64,000 nucleotides of DNA from an uncultured archaeon (lineage in GTDB: Archaea; Thermoproteota; Bathyarchaeia; Bathyarchaeales; Bathycorpusculaceae): NCBI GenBank assembly GCA_963810275.1, contig CAWENF010000026.1, positions 38,024 to 102,023 on the forward strand, written 5' to 3'. Both the position numbers and the translations under genes were made by a program. The first letter of the stretch is position 1. The number at the start of each line of letters is the position of its first letter. The notes under the pieces are model-generated. The model was not told the origin of the DNA. It worked only from the letters and a program-made list of their open reading frames with translations, and did not search any database. This document shows, one piece after another, positions 40,216 to 49,190 of the stretch.

Positions 40216-41048
40216 TGCTGTAATGACTCCTCTATTTTTTGATGAAGCATCTTGAATTTGTTGGTCCATTCGTGCAATTCTTTGCTGAAGGGGATTCCTT
40301 TGGAGTAGAGTTCTGCGATTCTGCGGTCGTATGGAATTTCAAGTAGGATAGGGATGTTCTGGTTTTTACAGTAATCGTACACTTTATGGTCGCCTATCCC
40401 TGCACGGTTGATTACGACGCCGAAGGGAACCCCGATTTTTTTGAGGACTTCCACGGCGATTTGGAGGTCATATAAACCAAACGGGGTGGGTTCGGTGACT
40501 AAGATGCAGAAGTCGCAGTCGCTTACGGTTTCGACAAACGAGCAGGAGGTACCCGGAGGCGAATCCAGCAGGACAGTGCATGTGGAGTCTGTTTGATTTT
40601 TTACTTTTTTTATTATTGGGACAGCTAAGGGTTTGCCTACGGTTAATTCGCCCCAAACCAGGGTTAAGTCGCCTTTTTTGGCGTAGTTCAGGGTACCGAT
40701 TTGGTGCTTCTCCTCTTGAATGGCTTTTTGTGGGCAAACCAAGGTGCAGCCTCCGCAGCTGTGGCAAAGTTCGGGAAAAACTAGGATTTTATCTTTTAGA
40801 GTTAAGAGGGCGTTGTACCGGCAGAATTTAGAGCAGTCTCCGCAGTAAGTGCAAAGCGCTTCATTCACCTTTGGGACTGCAGTGTAAACCGGCTCAGTCT
40901 TGACCTGGTCGGGTTTTAGAAGAATGTGGGCATTCGGCTCTTCAACGTCGCAGTCCAAGACTTGAACGCGGCTAAGTGAAAGCGCCAAGTTCACAGTCAG
41001 CGAAGTTTTTCCTGTGCCTCCTTTGCCACTTGCAACCGCCACAATCAA
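40212..41048 (-). CDS. MinD-superfamily ATPase with an inserted ferredoxin domain (COG1149)
   Basis: SGKGGTGKT, DCDVEEPN, CHSCGGC, PPGTSC, TEPTPFG. Confidence 0.93.
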   Translation of the reverse strand: MIVAVASGKGGTGKTSLTVNLALSLSRVQVLDCDVEEPNAHILLKPDQVKTEPVYTAVPKVNEALCTYCGDCSKFCRYNALLTLKDKILVFPELCHSCGGCTLVCPQKAIQEEKHQIGTLNYAKKGDLTLVWGELTVGKPLAVPIIKKVKNQTDSTCTVLLDSPPGTSCSFVETVSDCDFCILVTEPTPFGLYDLQIAVEVLKKIGVPFGVVINRAGIGDHKVYDYCKNQNIPILLEIPYDRRIAELYSKGIPFSKELHEWTNKFKMLHQKIEESLQH

Positions 41049-41076
41049 CTTACAAGTCACCTATACAAAAAATGGG

Positions 41077-41490
41077 TTAACAATTTGTTTTGGGCTTCTC
41101 GTATTCCGCTATGGCTTTTTTGAGGGTTTTCACCGCGATTTCGGCGCATTCCTGCTTTTCCTCAGGCAAACCGCCCAGCACCCTTAACACGTCGTCCACA
41201 GTTAGGCTCTTAGCATCACTTACACTTAATCCCTTGATTGTCAAGGTTAAAGCGGACATTGCGGCTATGGAGCCGGGGCAGCCGTAGCAGAGGAATTTGG
41301 CTTCTTCGATAGTATCGTCATCTAGCTTTATGTAAAGGCGTATGAGGTCGCCGTGACTACCGAGGAACACTGCGTTTGCGTCGGGGTTGTCCATGACACC
41401 AAAGTTTACATCGTTTTGGTAAAGTTCGATTGCTTTATCAGAGTAACCAAGTTCGATGAGTTGTTGGGTTTCGTCGACTTTATGGGTCAA
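41077..41490 (-). CDS. IscU/NifU N-terminal-like Fe-S scaffold
   Basis: NFGVM, GSHGD, YGCPGSIA, LGGLPEEKQECA. Confidence 0.85.
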   Translation of the reverse strand: MTHKVDETQQLIELGYSDKAIELYQNDVNFGVMDNPDANAVFLGSHGDLIRLYIKLDDDTIEEAKFLCYGCPGSIAAMSALTLTIKGLSVSDAKSLTVDDVLRVLGGLPEEKQECAEIAVKTLKKAIAEYEKPKTNC

Positions 41491-41513
41491 TGTTTAAACC
41501 TCAAGGTATATTG

Positions 41514-41888
41514 CTAGTGGTGATGTGCTTCGGAGCAGCCTTCGGTTAAGTCTTCGAGTTTACCCTGTATATAGGCTTCAACGACATCTTGGACGGTTGT
41601 ACCTACGGCTCTGAGAACGTCTACGCCTTGGCTATTGAATGCGCTTATGCCTTTGGGGCCCATGCCCAGTACGGCGATGGCTTTAGGATGCAGTTTTGCT
41701 AGGTGGTCTGGTGGAACGCCTACACCGCCCAGGTGTTCGCTGACGTTTTCAACTGCGGAGACTTTGGATACTTCCCATTTATCACCTAATTCGACAACAG
41801 TGAAGTATGGAGCTCGCCCGAAGTGTTTGGCTATCGGAGCAGCTAAGCCTCCTTGGGTTTCGGTTGGTACAATGATTTTATCGGTCAA
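41514..41888 (-). CDS. NifB/NifX family cluster-binding protein
   Basis: HFGRAPYF, GMGPKG, C-terminal CxxxHHH. Confidence 0.9.
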   Translation of the reverse strand: MTDKIIVPTETQGGLAAPIAKHFGRAPYFTVVELGDKWEVSKVSAVENVSEHLGGVGVPPDHLAKLHPKAIAVLGMGPKGISAFNSQGVDVLRAVGTTVQDVVEAYIQGKLEDLTEGCSEAHHH

Positions 41889-41940
41889 TCAATTTCACCT
41901 CCAGTTTTCTGCGGAGTTATTATTAGTTTGTGCTGCAAGG

Positions 41941-42327
41941 TCATGGCTGCAGCTCCTTTAGCGGTTGGGTGCCTGCATGGCTTGTTACGGTTGGAGCGGC
42001 GGTTTTTTGGAGTTTGCAACTGTTGTATTTCTCAACGATTTTGCGTATGGGGGCGGGGATTTCGATCAGAATTTCTACGCCTGCTGCTTGTAGAGCGCCA
42101 AAGGCATTTGGTCCGATGTTACCTGTTATGAGAGTTGTAGCTTGTTTGTTTATAACGGCTTGAGCGGCTTGGATGCCTGCACCTCCGGATGCACCTGCTG
42201 CGGCGTTTGGGATGGCTTCATATTCGAGGGTTTGTGGATCTATGATTAGCAGGTATTGGCATCTGCCGAATCGTGGATCTAGTTGACCGTCTATATTGTC
42301 GGCGGTTGAGCTTAGACATATTTTCAT
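41941..42327 (-). CDS. NifB/NifX family protein (Orange-protein-like)
   Basis: DPRFGRC, GGAGIQAAQ, TGNIGPNA. Confidence 0.92.
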   Translation of the reverse strand: MKICLSSTADNIDGQLDPRFGRCQYLLIIDPQTLEYEAIPNAAAGASGGAGIQAAQAVINKQATTLITGNIGPNAFGALQAAGVEILIEIPAPIRKIVEKYNSCKLQKTAAPTVTSHAGTQPLKELQP

Positions 42328-42463
42328 TGTTTTTTTGCTCCTAGTTTGGGTGCGAAAAGACTGCTGAGGAATTTTCAGCACCACTTGATTGTGAAAAGGT
42401 TTAATAAACAAATCCTATTAATATGTTTTGTTTATAAAACAAACAACTGGGAGAACCGCAAAC

Positions 42464-43036
42464 ATGGACTCAACAGACAAAAAAATCATAGCCATACTCC
42501 AAGAAGATGGTCGAACCACCCTCCAAGAAATATCTCAACACATCGGTCTAACAAGCATGGGCACCAAAAAACGCCTCGAAAAACTCCAGAAAAACAAAAT
42601 CATAAAAATCCAAGCCCTAATCAACCCCAACACCCTTAAACTCCATCCCGCCATAGTCATGCTTGAAATGGAATCCACCGAAGCCATGCAGCAACTGCTA
42701 GAACGCTTCATAGACTGCCCCAGAGTCATCCAAATCTTCAAAACCGTCGGCGGCTACAATCTCATCGCACTGGTTGTCGCCGAAAACCAGGAAACTTTGG
42801 AATCCATTTCAATGGAGAAGTGCTCGCTTCGGTGTAGTCAGGGCATCAGGCGTTCCGAGTTTTACCCCATAAGCGAAACCCTGTTCCAGCCATTCTTGCA
42901 GATACGGGAGGGACTGGCAACGCAGCAGGACAACAAGGTCACACCCTGTAATGTGGAATGCAACCCCTGCAAACGGTACGAATCCAAGAAGTGTGTTGGA
43001 TGCCCCACCAACAGCCACTACCAAGGAACACTCTAG
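42464..43036 (+). CDS. Lrp/AsnC regulator with a C-terminal Cys cluster
   Basis: MDSTDKKIIAILQEDGR; PC..ECNPC..KCVGCP. Confidence 0.9.
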   Translation: MDSTDKKIIAILQEDGRTTLQEISQHIGLTSMGTKKRLEKLQKNKIIKIQALINPNTLKLHPAIVMLEMESTEAMQQLLERFIDCPRVIQIFKTVGGYNLIALVVAENQETLESISMEKCSLRCSQGIRRSEFYPISETLFQPFLQIREGLATQQDNKVTPCNVECNPCKRYESKKCVGCPTNSHYQGTL

Positions 43037-43039
43037 AAC

Positions 43040-44014
43040 ATGGAGGCGCTCGCGGTACAGCTCAAGAAAGCCTTCAAGATTGAGTTAATCTCACTTATGG
43101 ACAACACTGTAGATTACTTTTCAAGCCAGAGTCACCGAGAGGTGCAGTCGTTTTGGCATTGGTATCACAGAGGAGGTGACATGCCTACCGCTGAGCACGG
43201 CTACGCAATGCTCATCAAGGTCTACGGCGAAGACGGGGGGATGCATTCGGTTCTTTTTGATGCAGGCAACAGCCCTAGCGGTGTAGTGGAAAACGCAAGG
43301 CGCATGGGCATTAATCTTGGCGAAGTGGAGTTTCTGGTGCTCTCACATGGGCACTACGACCACTGCGGTGGCTTACCCAAAGTTGTTGAAGCGATCAACC
43401 GAGATGATCTTGTGTTGGTTTCCCATGAAGACATATTTAGACGGCGCGGAACCATAAATTCGAAGGGAGAAATCCGCGAGTACCCATCTTTTCCACAAAT
43501 ATCCCAGCTAAAACCCGAAAAAATCGTTTGCACCACCCAACCAATGCTAATTGCCGACTGCTTAGGCCTTGTAACAGGCGAAATCCCGCACACTGTAGAG
43601 TTCGAGAAGGGCTTAGTTAACAACAGAATATTGCGAGACTGCGAATGGGTGCCTAACCCCTACATTAGGGAGGAGCGCGCTTTAGTATTTGATGTGGAAG
43701 GCAAAGGGCTCGTCGTAATTTCGGGGTGTGCCCACGCAGGCATAATCAACACGTTGCGCTGCGCCCAAATAGTCACCGGTAACCCAGAAGTCTATGGTGT
43801 TTTCGGAGGGTTCCACTTGGCAGGAAGTAAATTTGAAAAACGCATCCAACCCACAATTGCAGAACTCAAAAAAATGGACCCAAAGTTGATTGCTGCGTCA
43901 CATTGCACAGGTTGGCGAGCACTCTGCGCACTACACCAAGAGTTCCCAGACGTCTATGTGGCTAACTCCGTGGGAAACCGCTATGTGTTGTTTGCCGAAA
44001 ATGCAAGAAAATAA
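43040..44014 (+). CDS. MBL-fold metallo-hydrolase (COG1237)
   Basis: AEHG, SHGHYDH, GCAHAG, GGFHL, HCTG. Confidence 0.92.
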   Translation: MEALAVQLKKAFKIELISLMDNTVDYFSSQSHREVQSFWHWYHRGGDMPTAEHGYAMLIKVYGEDGGMHSVLFDAGNSPSGVVENARRMGINLGEVEFLVLSHGHYDHCGGLPKVVEAINRDDLVLVSHEDIFRRRGTINSKGEIREYPSFPQISQLKPEKIVCTTQPMLIADCLGLVTGEIPHTVEFEKGLVNNRILRDCEWVPNPYIREERALVFDVEGKGLVVISGCAHAGIINTLRCAQIVTGNPEVYGVFGGFHLAGSKFEKRIQPTIAELKKMDPKLIAASHCTGWRALCALHQEFPDVYVANSVGNRYVLFAENARK

Positions 44015-44019
44015 AGGGT

Positions 44020-44583
44020 CTATGGTTCTTTTGAGACCAACCGGTTGATGTTGTCTTTGATGTCTTTCAGTTGTTCCGCAGTGGGTTTACCTCTAAGATC
44101 GCCTAGCTTGCCTTGAGTGCTGCGTTCTTTTGAACCATGAAACTCACTAAGAACATACCATTCAGCTACAACGGTGAAGCCTATCTGCTCGAAGAATTGC
44201 CCTACATACTTGCCGGCGGGAGTTGCCTCTGCGAGTCCCGTATGTGAACCAGAATAAGTTACGAAAACTATTGCTTTTTTACCACCCACTTTTGGGGCGC
44301 CAAGTTTAATTTTACCGTTTTCCCGATAGAAATTGTTTTTCTTCTTCAGAAAATCCGTCATCTGCTCAGGCGGATGCCAATATCGAGATGGGAAACCGAC
44401 GCAGACTAAGTCGTAGTCGAAGTAGTCTAGGTTTTCGGCTCCCTCAAGCGTCTTGAGGGTTACATTTACATCTGCTTTTTCTAATCCCTGCTGTATGGCG
44501 TATGCGACTTTCTCAGTGTTGCCAGTTTTTGACCAGTATATTATTAATGCAGTCTCGATTTTTTTGAACTCGTATGGTTTCAT
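44020..44583 (-). CDS. Flavodoxin-like protein
   Basis: YWSKTGNTEKVA, TYSGSHTG. Confidence 0.85.
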   Translation of the reverse strand: MKPYEFKKIETALIIYWSKTGNTEKVAYAIQQGLEKADVNVTLKTLEGAENLDYFDYDLVCVGFPSRYWHPPEQMTDFLKKKNNFYRENGKIKLGAPKVGGKKAIVFVTYSGSHTGLAEATPAGKYVGQFFEQIGFTVVAEWYVLSEFHGSKERSTQGKLGDLRGKPTAEQLKDIKDNINRLVSKEP

Positions 44584-44749
44584 TTGTCGGGTCGCCTATG
44601 CAGGGTTCTGGGTGGTATGCTGTTTCTGCGGGTTCTTATGTGTTTGCACGCTACGGGAAAAGAAGATATGGTGTTTAAGGAAAAGCTACAAGGGCTCCCG
44701 CGTTTCTTAAATAAGGGAAGGGAAGACCTGAAAGAGCAACAGTACAGCG

Positions 44750-45535
44750 TTAGGCGTTTTTCTTTTTTTCAAGCAGTGCCTCGCAGATTTTATCAATCGC
44801 CTGCACAGCTGCCATGTCTTTGTTCTTCAGCGGGGTCACGCCTAGCATGTCGGATTCGATGACTTTCTGGTCCCACGGGATGAAAGCCAACACGGTTATG
44901 CCGTTTTGGTCTGCGAATGTCTGTATTGCTTGTTTTTGGGTGTCATCCATGACGCGGTTTCCAATTAAATAAAGGTTCTTCATGCCTGCCTGCGCGGCCA
45001 TTTCGTGGATGTGTTTGGCGATTTCAAGCGATTTCATGTTGCTGTCGGCAACTATTAAAAGGTCGTCGACTTGGCGTGCGGTGCCTCTGCCAATATGCTC
45101 CACTCCTGCTTCGAGGTCCATGACTATAGCTTCGTTTGCGTCCACCACAAGGTGTCTAAGCAAGGCACGGATGACGGCTGTTGGTGCGCACATGCAACCT
45201 GCTCCCATGGTGTGAACGGTGCCCATGACAATGAGATTCACACCAAGAGGGGTTGGCACTGAGTACTGTTTTACGATGTCGTCTACGCTGAAGTTGAGAT
45301 TGTAGACGCCGCTATAACCAGTGCTCGTTTTGGATTCTACGAGGGGTTGGTTGTCTGAGATGGGCACGATTTTACGTGACTCCTCCGCCGTCAACCCAAG
45401 CGTTAAACCCAAGTTGGGGGATGAATCTGCATCTATTCCGATGGTTTTTAATCCACGATCGGCAAACCCTTTGGCGACGCCGCCAGAGATAAGAGTTTTG
45501 CCTACTCCTCCCTTACCTGCAACTGCTACTTTCAT
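44750..45535 (-). CDS. cooC: CooC-type nickel insertion ATPase (second copy)
   Basis: GKGGVGKT, DADSSPNL, GCMC, DLEAGVEH. Confidence 0.92.
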   Translation of the reverse strand: MKVAVAGKGGVGKTLISGGVAKGFADRGLKTIGIDADSSPNLGLTLGLTAEESRKIVPISDNQPLVESKTSTGYSGVYNLNFSVDDIVKQYSVPTPLGVNLIVMGTVHTMGAGCMCAPTAVIRALLRHLVVDANEAIVMDLEAGVEHIGRGTARQVDDLLIVADSNMKSLEIAKHIHEMAAQAGMKNLYLIGNRVMDDTQKQAIQTFADQNGITVLAFIPWDQKVIESDMLGVTPLKNKDMAAVQAIDKICEALLEKKKNA

Positions 45536-45680
45536 AATATCACAAACACATTGAATTTGTTTGACAAATTAATTTACATTTCCCAAAAAAACATGCAGAC
45601 AAGCCATTGAAATAAAGAGATAAATCCAACAATAACTACTTGTCACATGGTTTTTGAGAGTTTTTTGGAGGTGAAAAGCT

Positions 45681-45965
45681 TTGTTATTTGAAGCAGTCCA
45701 CACTCACCCAGCCAACATGTGCCCTATGCTGTCCGCTGAAGGAAAAGCCATGGTGAAAAACTTGTTCTCACCTGAAAACATGAAGAACGCCGGCGTAACC
45801 ATGGTTGCAGCCTACATGAGTTGCCCACAAGATACTAACGTAGACCATAAAGGATTTTTCACCATTGACGCTGCAAACGAAGATGTAATCAAAAAATTTT
45901 TCGGCGCCATGCAGGTAGAGATTAGACCAGTTAAGCCACTAAGTGAAATTGCAAAGTCCCTCTAA
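45681..45965 (+). CDS. Small hypothetical protein
   Basis: GGAGGTGA plus TTG; HTHPANMCP motif; globular composition. Confidence 0.7.
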   Translation: MLFEAVHTHPANMCPMLSAEGKAMVKNLFSPENMKNAGVTMVAAYMSCPQDTNVDHKGFFTIDAANEDVIKKFFGAMQVEIRPVKPLSEIAKSL

Positions 45966-46503
45966 AAGTGGGTGGGTAGTATGTGCTTGGTTTGTTTCCC
46001 CTTTTTATTTTAACCGCAACGCTAAAGATGGTTATAGCCAGCAAAGCTGCCAAGACGGGGACATACGCGATGTTGTAGGTTTGCAGCAGCGCCATTATAA
46101 GCAACCCTCCTGGAATTGCAGTTAGAGCGACATAGAGGAAAACGTCCAAGCCAATCACTATGCCTTTGCCTAAGCCTGGATGTTGTTGCCGTCAAGCATC
46201 ATTATGGAGAGTTTTGCGACGCCTTTGGTGCAGGATTTGCAGTATTAGCATGAGCTACACATGAATTCACGTGCTATTATGTACAATGAGAAGAACCCCA
46301 AAACCGAGGTAGAGCCAGCCGTATAGGGGGCTATGAGTAGCATCCAAAGGTGCCGACAAGCATCCATGTTAGGGCTAGGAGTTGACCTCCGAGTATGGAT
46401 GATTTTTTAGCTGGCAATTTCTCTTCCTGATTCACAATGCGGCTGTCACGACGCTTACTGATGGTGTTTTTGGGCTTTTAGTCTTGCTACGTAGGTTGGG
46501 CAT
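45931..46503 (-). pseudogene. Decayed membrane protein gene with a Cys motif
   Basis: TM-like segments and MCSSC*YCKSCTKG broken by stops and shifts; 3' part is ORF 45931..46158. Confidence 0.45.
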
Positions 46504-46678
46504 GTGGTTCTTTGGCAGCATTGGTCATCTGGTATGCAGTGGGGGCATTCTAGGTTCTTTTGTATTTTGTTAATACCTTCCTATACTTACATTAAGTGTT
46601 AGATGAGAAAAATATATGTTACTGTATTGCCAACACCGAACAACACCATTTTATGCAGTAAAACACATACACGAACCC

Positions 46679-46809
46679 ATGAACAACCTCCAACCACTAA
46701 CCACAAAAAAGCCACCTGTAAAGAGCTCTTAACATGCCTGTACAACCTAAAACCCACCAACAACGAAATCCTACTAACAATCGCCAAAAACCCAAACTGG
46801 CTTACTTAA
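46679..46809 (+). pseudogene. Truncated HTH regulator fragment
   Basis: ATCKELLTCLYNLKPTNNEILL resembles the N-terminus of archaeal wHTH regulators, then stops. Confidence 0.35.
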
Positions 46810-46861
46810 CCTTTATTTGCTTCAACAACCAGCATCCCTAGCAAGGCGGCACCTGTTTTAT

Positions 46862-47626
46862 ATGACCCAAACCCCAAACCCTGGAGACGCTTACCGAGGC
46901 ATGTTTTCAGCCAAAACTGAAGTGCAGGGGCAAGACGGAGGGGTAGTCACCTCCCTGATACTGAAAGGTTTTCAAGAAGGCCTATTTGATGCCGCCATAG
47001 TTTCACGGCGAACCGAAGGCTACCACGCTGAAGCATACGCCGCCCAAACAGCTACGGAGGTTTTGCAGGCTGCAGGCACCATGTACCTAAAGGTGAACGT
47101 TTCCGCAAAGCTGCTGGAACTCATCGCCAAAGGCAAACATCATATAGCGGTCGTGTGTACCCCATGCGAGGCAGCAGTTGTAAGGAAAATCCGTCAAACC
47201 ATGAGCAAAGACTGTGACCTAACCATAATTGGGTTGTTCTGCTTTGAAGCGTTCGACCATGACAAGCTCAAAGTCGAGGTTCAAAAGCAGTTGGGCGTAA
47301 ATTTAGATGCCCTGGACAGGGTTCAGGTTAGGGGGGACAAGTTCATTGCTAAAACAACAAACGACGAAGCAAGCTGCAAAGTAAAAGACCTCGACTGTGC
47401 CGCTGAAACTTCATGTCACTTCTGCAAAGACTTCACGTCAGAGTCCGCAGACATATCGGTCGGTTCGGTAGGTAGCAGCGAAGGTTACTCCACGGTTATT
47501 GTGCGTACGCCCGTTGGTGAGAAGCTTGTGAAAGGGCTAGAAGCGCTAAAGACAGAGGTTAATGCCGCAGAAGTAGATAGACTGGCGAAGTTTAAGCGTA
47601 CCCGAGCCCAAAAGAACCTATCTTAA
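46862..47626 (+). CDS. F420 hydrogenase/dehydrogenase beta-subunit (FrhB/FdhB) family protein
   Basis: QDGGVVT, AAGTMY, TPCE, IGLFCFEAF, CHFCKDF, DISVGSVGS. Confidence 0.9.
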   Translation: MTQTPNPGDAYRGMFSAKTEVQGQDGGVVTSLILKGFQEGLFDAAIVSRRTEGYHAEAYAAQTATEVLQAAGTMYLKVNVSAKLLELIAKGKHHIAVVCTPCEAAVVRKIRQTMSKDCDLTIIGLFCFEAFDHDKLKVEVQKQLGVNLDALDRVQVRGDKFIAKTTNDEASCKVKDLDCAAETSCHFCKDFTSESADISVGSVGSSEGYSTVIVRTPVGEKLVKGLEALKTEVNAAEVDRLAKFKRTRAQKNLS

Positions 47627-47762
47627 TCAGCTAGACGCTAAAAACCGAGGTGATTTAGTATCTAAACAATACTATGCCCATGGCTTGTTTGAGTTAACCA
47701 AGCCAATGCAGAAGGTTTTTTAACCCAAAAGCTGTACCCTTTTAAACTGAGATGAAATCTCC

Positions 47763-48491
47763 ATGAAAATACTAAACGAGTTTGTCCCAACACGTAAATT
47801 CTTCAAGCTTGCAGAAGAACTCAAAGATTTAGTTGACGGATGGAACGTAACCGATAGCGCAGCCGGTTTCCCAGCACCAAGTGGCGTTGTTGTCAGTTGC
47901 CTACTCAAAAACAAATACCCAGAAAAATACGTTTGTCCAATCTTCATACTACACTACAAAGGCCCAGTTGAAGTGGGAGGCTTAGCCCTCGCATCCGACA
48001 TCGTCGGCTTAGACGGCTTAGCAGTTACTATGGGCGACAAGCCACACTACGGCGAACCCATCAAAATGCTGCCCTCCTCCGAAGCAGCACGTGACTTCAT
48101 ACGCAATGATGTCAAAACCAAGAAACTACAACTTGGCTGCTTACTAAGCGCAAGGTCTTCACTCGAAGACACACTTGAACGTGTCCGCCAACCATGGGAC
48201 TTCGTGTACTTCATGAGACTAAACGACGACTCATTTGAGCAACTCAAAGCAGTCTCAGCGGAATGCAAGAAGCTAAACAAGCCACTCTTCGCATACTTCC
48301 TTGTCGGAACAGAAAAGAACAAGGAAATCGTGAAAATCATCGGTTGGCCAGTAACCGCAACAATGGAAACTGTTGAAGAGAAAGCAGCAAGACTTGAAGG
48401 TCTAGTCGACGGCATAATCGCAACATGCGCTGGTGACGCTGAAGGCGACAAACTGATGCTGCAGAAACTTCAAAAATTCCGTACAAAATAA
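47763..48491 (+). CDS. MetF/methylenetetrahydrofolate reductase-like barrel protein
   Basis: VDGWNVTDS and TMGD resemble MetF motifs; divergent. Confidence 0.5.
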   Translation: MKILNEFVPTRKFFKLAEELKDLVDGWNVTDSAAGFPAPSGVVVSCLLKNKYPEKYVCPIFILHYKGPVEVGGLALASDIVGLDGLAVTMGDKPHYGEPIKMLPSSEAARDFIRNDVKTKKLQLGCLLSARSSLEDTLERVRQPWDFVYFMRLNDDSFEQLKAVSAECKKLNKPLFAYFLVGTEKNKEIVKIIGWPVTATMETVEEKAARLEGLVDGIIATCAGDAEGDKLMLQKLQKFRTK

Positions 48492-48501
48492 ACAACCCAT
48501 C

Positions 48502-48520
48502 GAGACCCTTTAGGGGTCTT
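48502..48520. terminator. Short hairpin with T-tract between convergent genes
   Basis: agaccc-tttag-gggtct followed by ttt. Confidence 0.3.
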
Positions 48521-48549
48521 TTCCCTAAATTTCAACTATTCCTTGTTGT

Positions 48550-48960
48550 TTAAACCGCAAAATCCTTCAGGTTTGCCTCTGTCTGGTCCTGTAAGGTTTT
48601 CTTTTCTTGAGTTCTAGTCAATACAAGCGTTAACACCAGAAACAGTAAAATAACCCCGATTATCATTGGCAGACCCCAATTATTCTTTTGCAGGCAAAGT
48701 GTTACCCACCCAAAGTAGGGAATGCGCATGACTACTTTGCATAGCACCATGTCTTCGGGGACACCCTTGCCAGTATGTCATATGCGGTTTGAGTCTTATT
48801 CGGCTGAGGACGGAATGGCAGGATAGGGTTTCATTCCCGTCGTCCTTAGTCTAAAAATACAAGACACTATATTCCTCGTAAACATCTACCGACGCGGTTC
48901 ACTACAGGCGTGTCGCTGGGACGTTCGGGACGTTGATAAATGATTATATCAGTGTTTAGA
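48550..48960 (-). pseudogene. Degraded signal peptidase I (S26)
   Basis: DIIIYQRP..PVVNRV, TKDDGN and KVVMRIPYFGW remnants in different frames; catalytic His altered. Confidence 0.6.
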
Positions 48961-49190
48961 AACATTAGGTAATCCTACAAAGCAACCAACAAGCAAAGTA
49001 GCCACTAATAGAACGGGCAACAACATTTAGGTATAGGAAATACGTTTGGATTCTTCGGTGGAAGTCAAGTGGTTTGATCCAGTTTTATGTTTAGAATCGA
49101 GTTAATAAGAGAATACACGATTTCCTAAAAAATGAAAGAAACAAAAATTTAAGTGCTCGAGCTGCGGCTCTTTGGTAGGAGAGACAAGGC

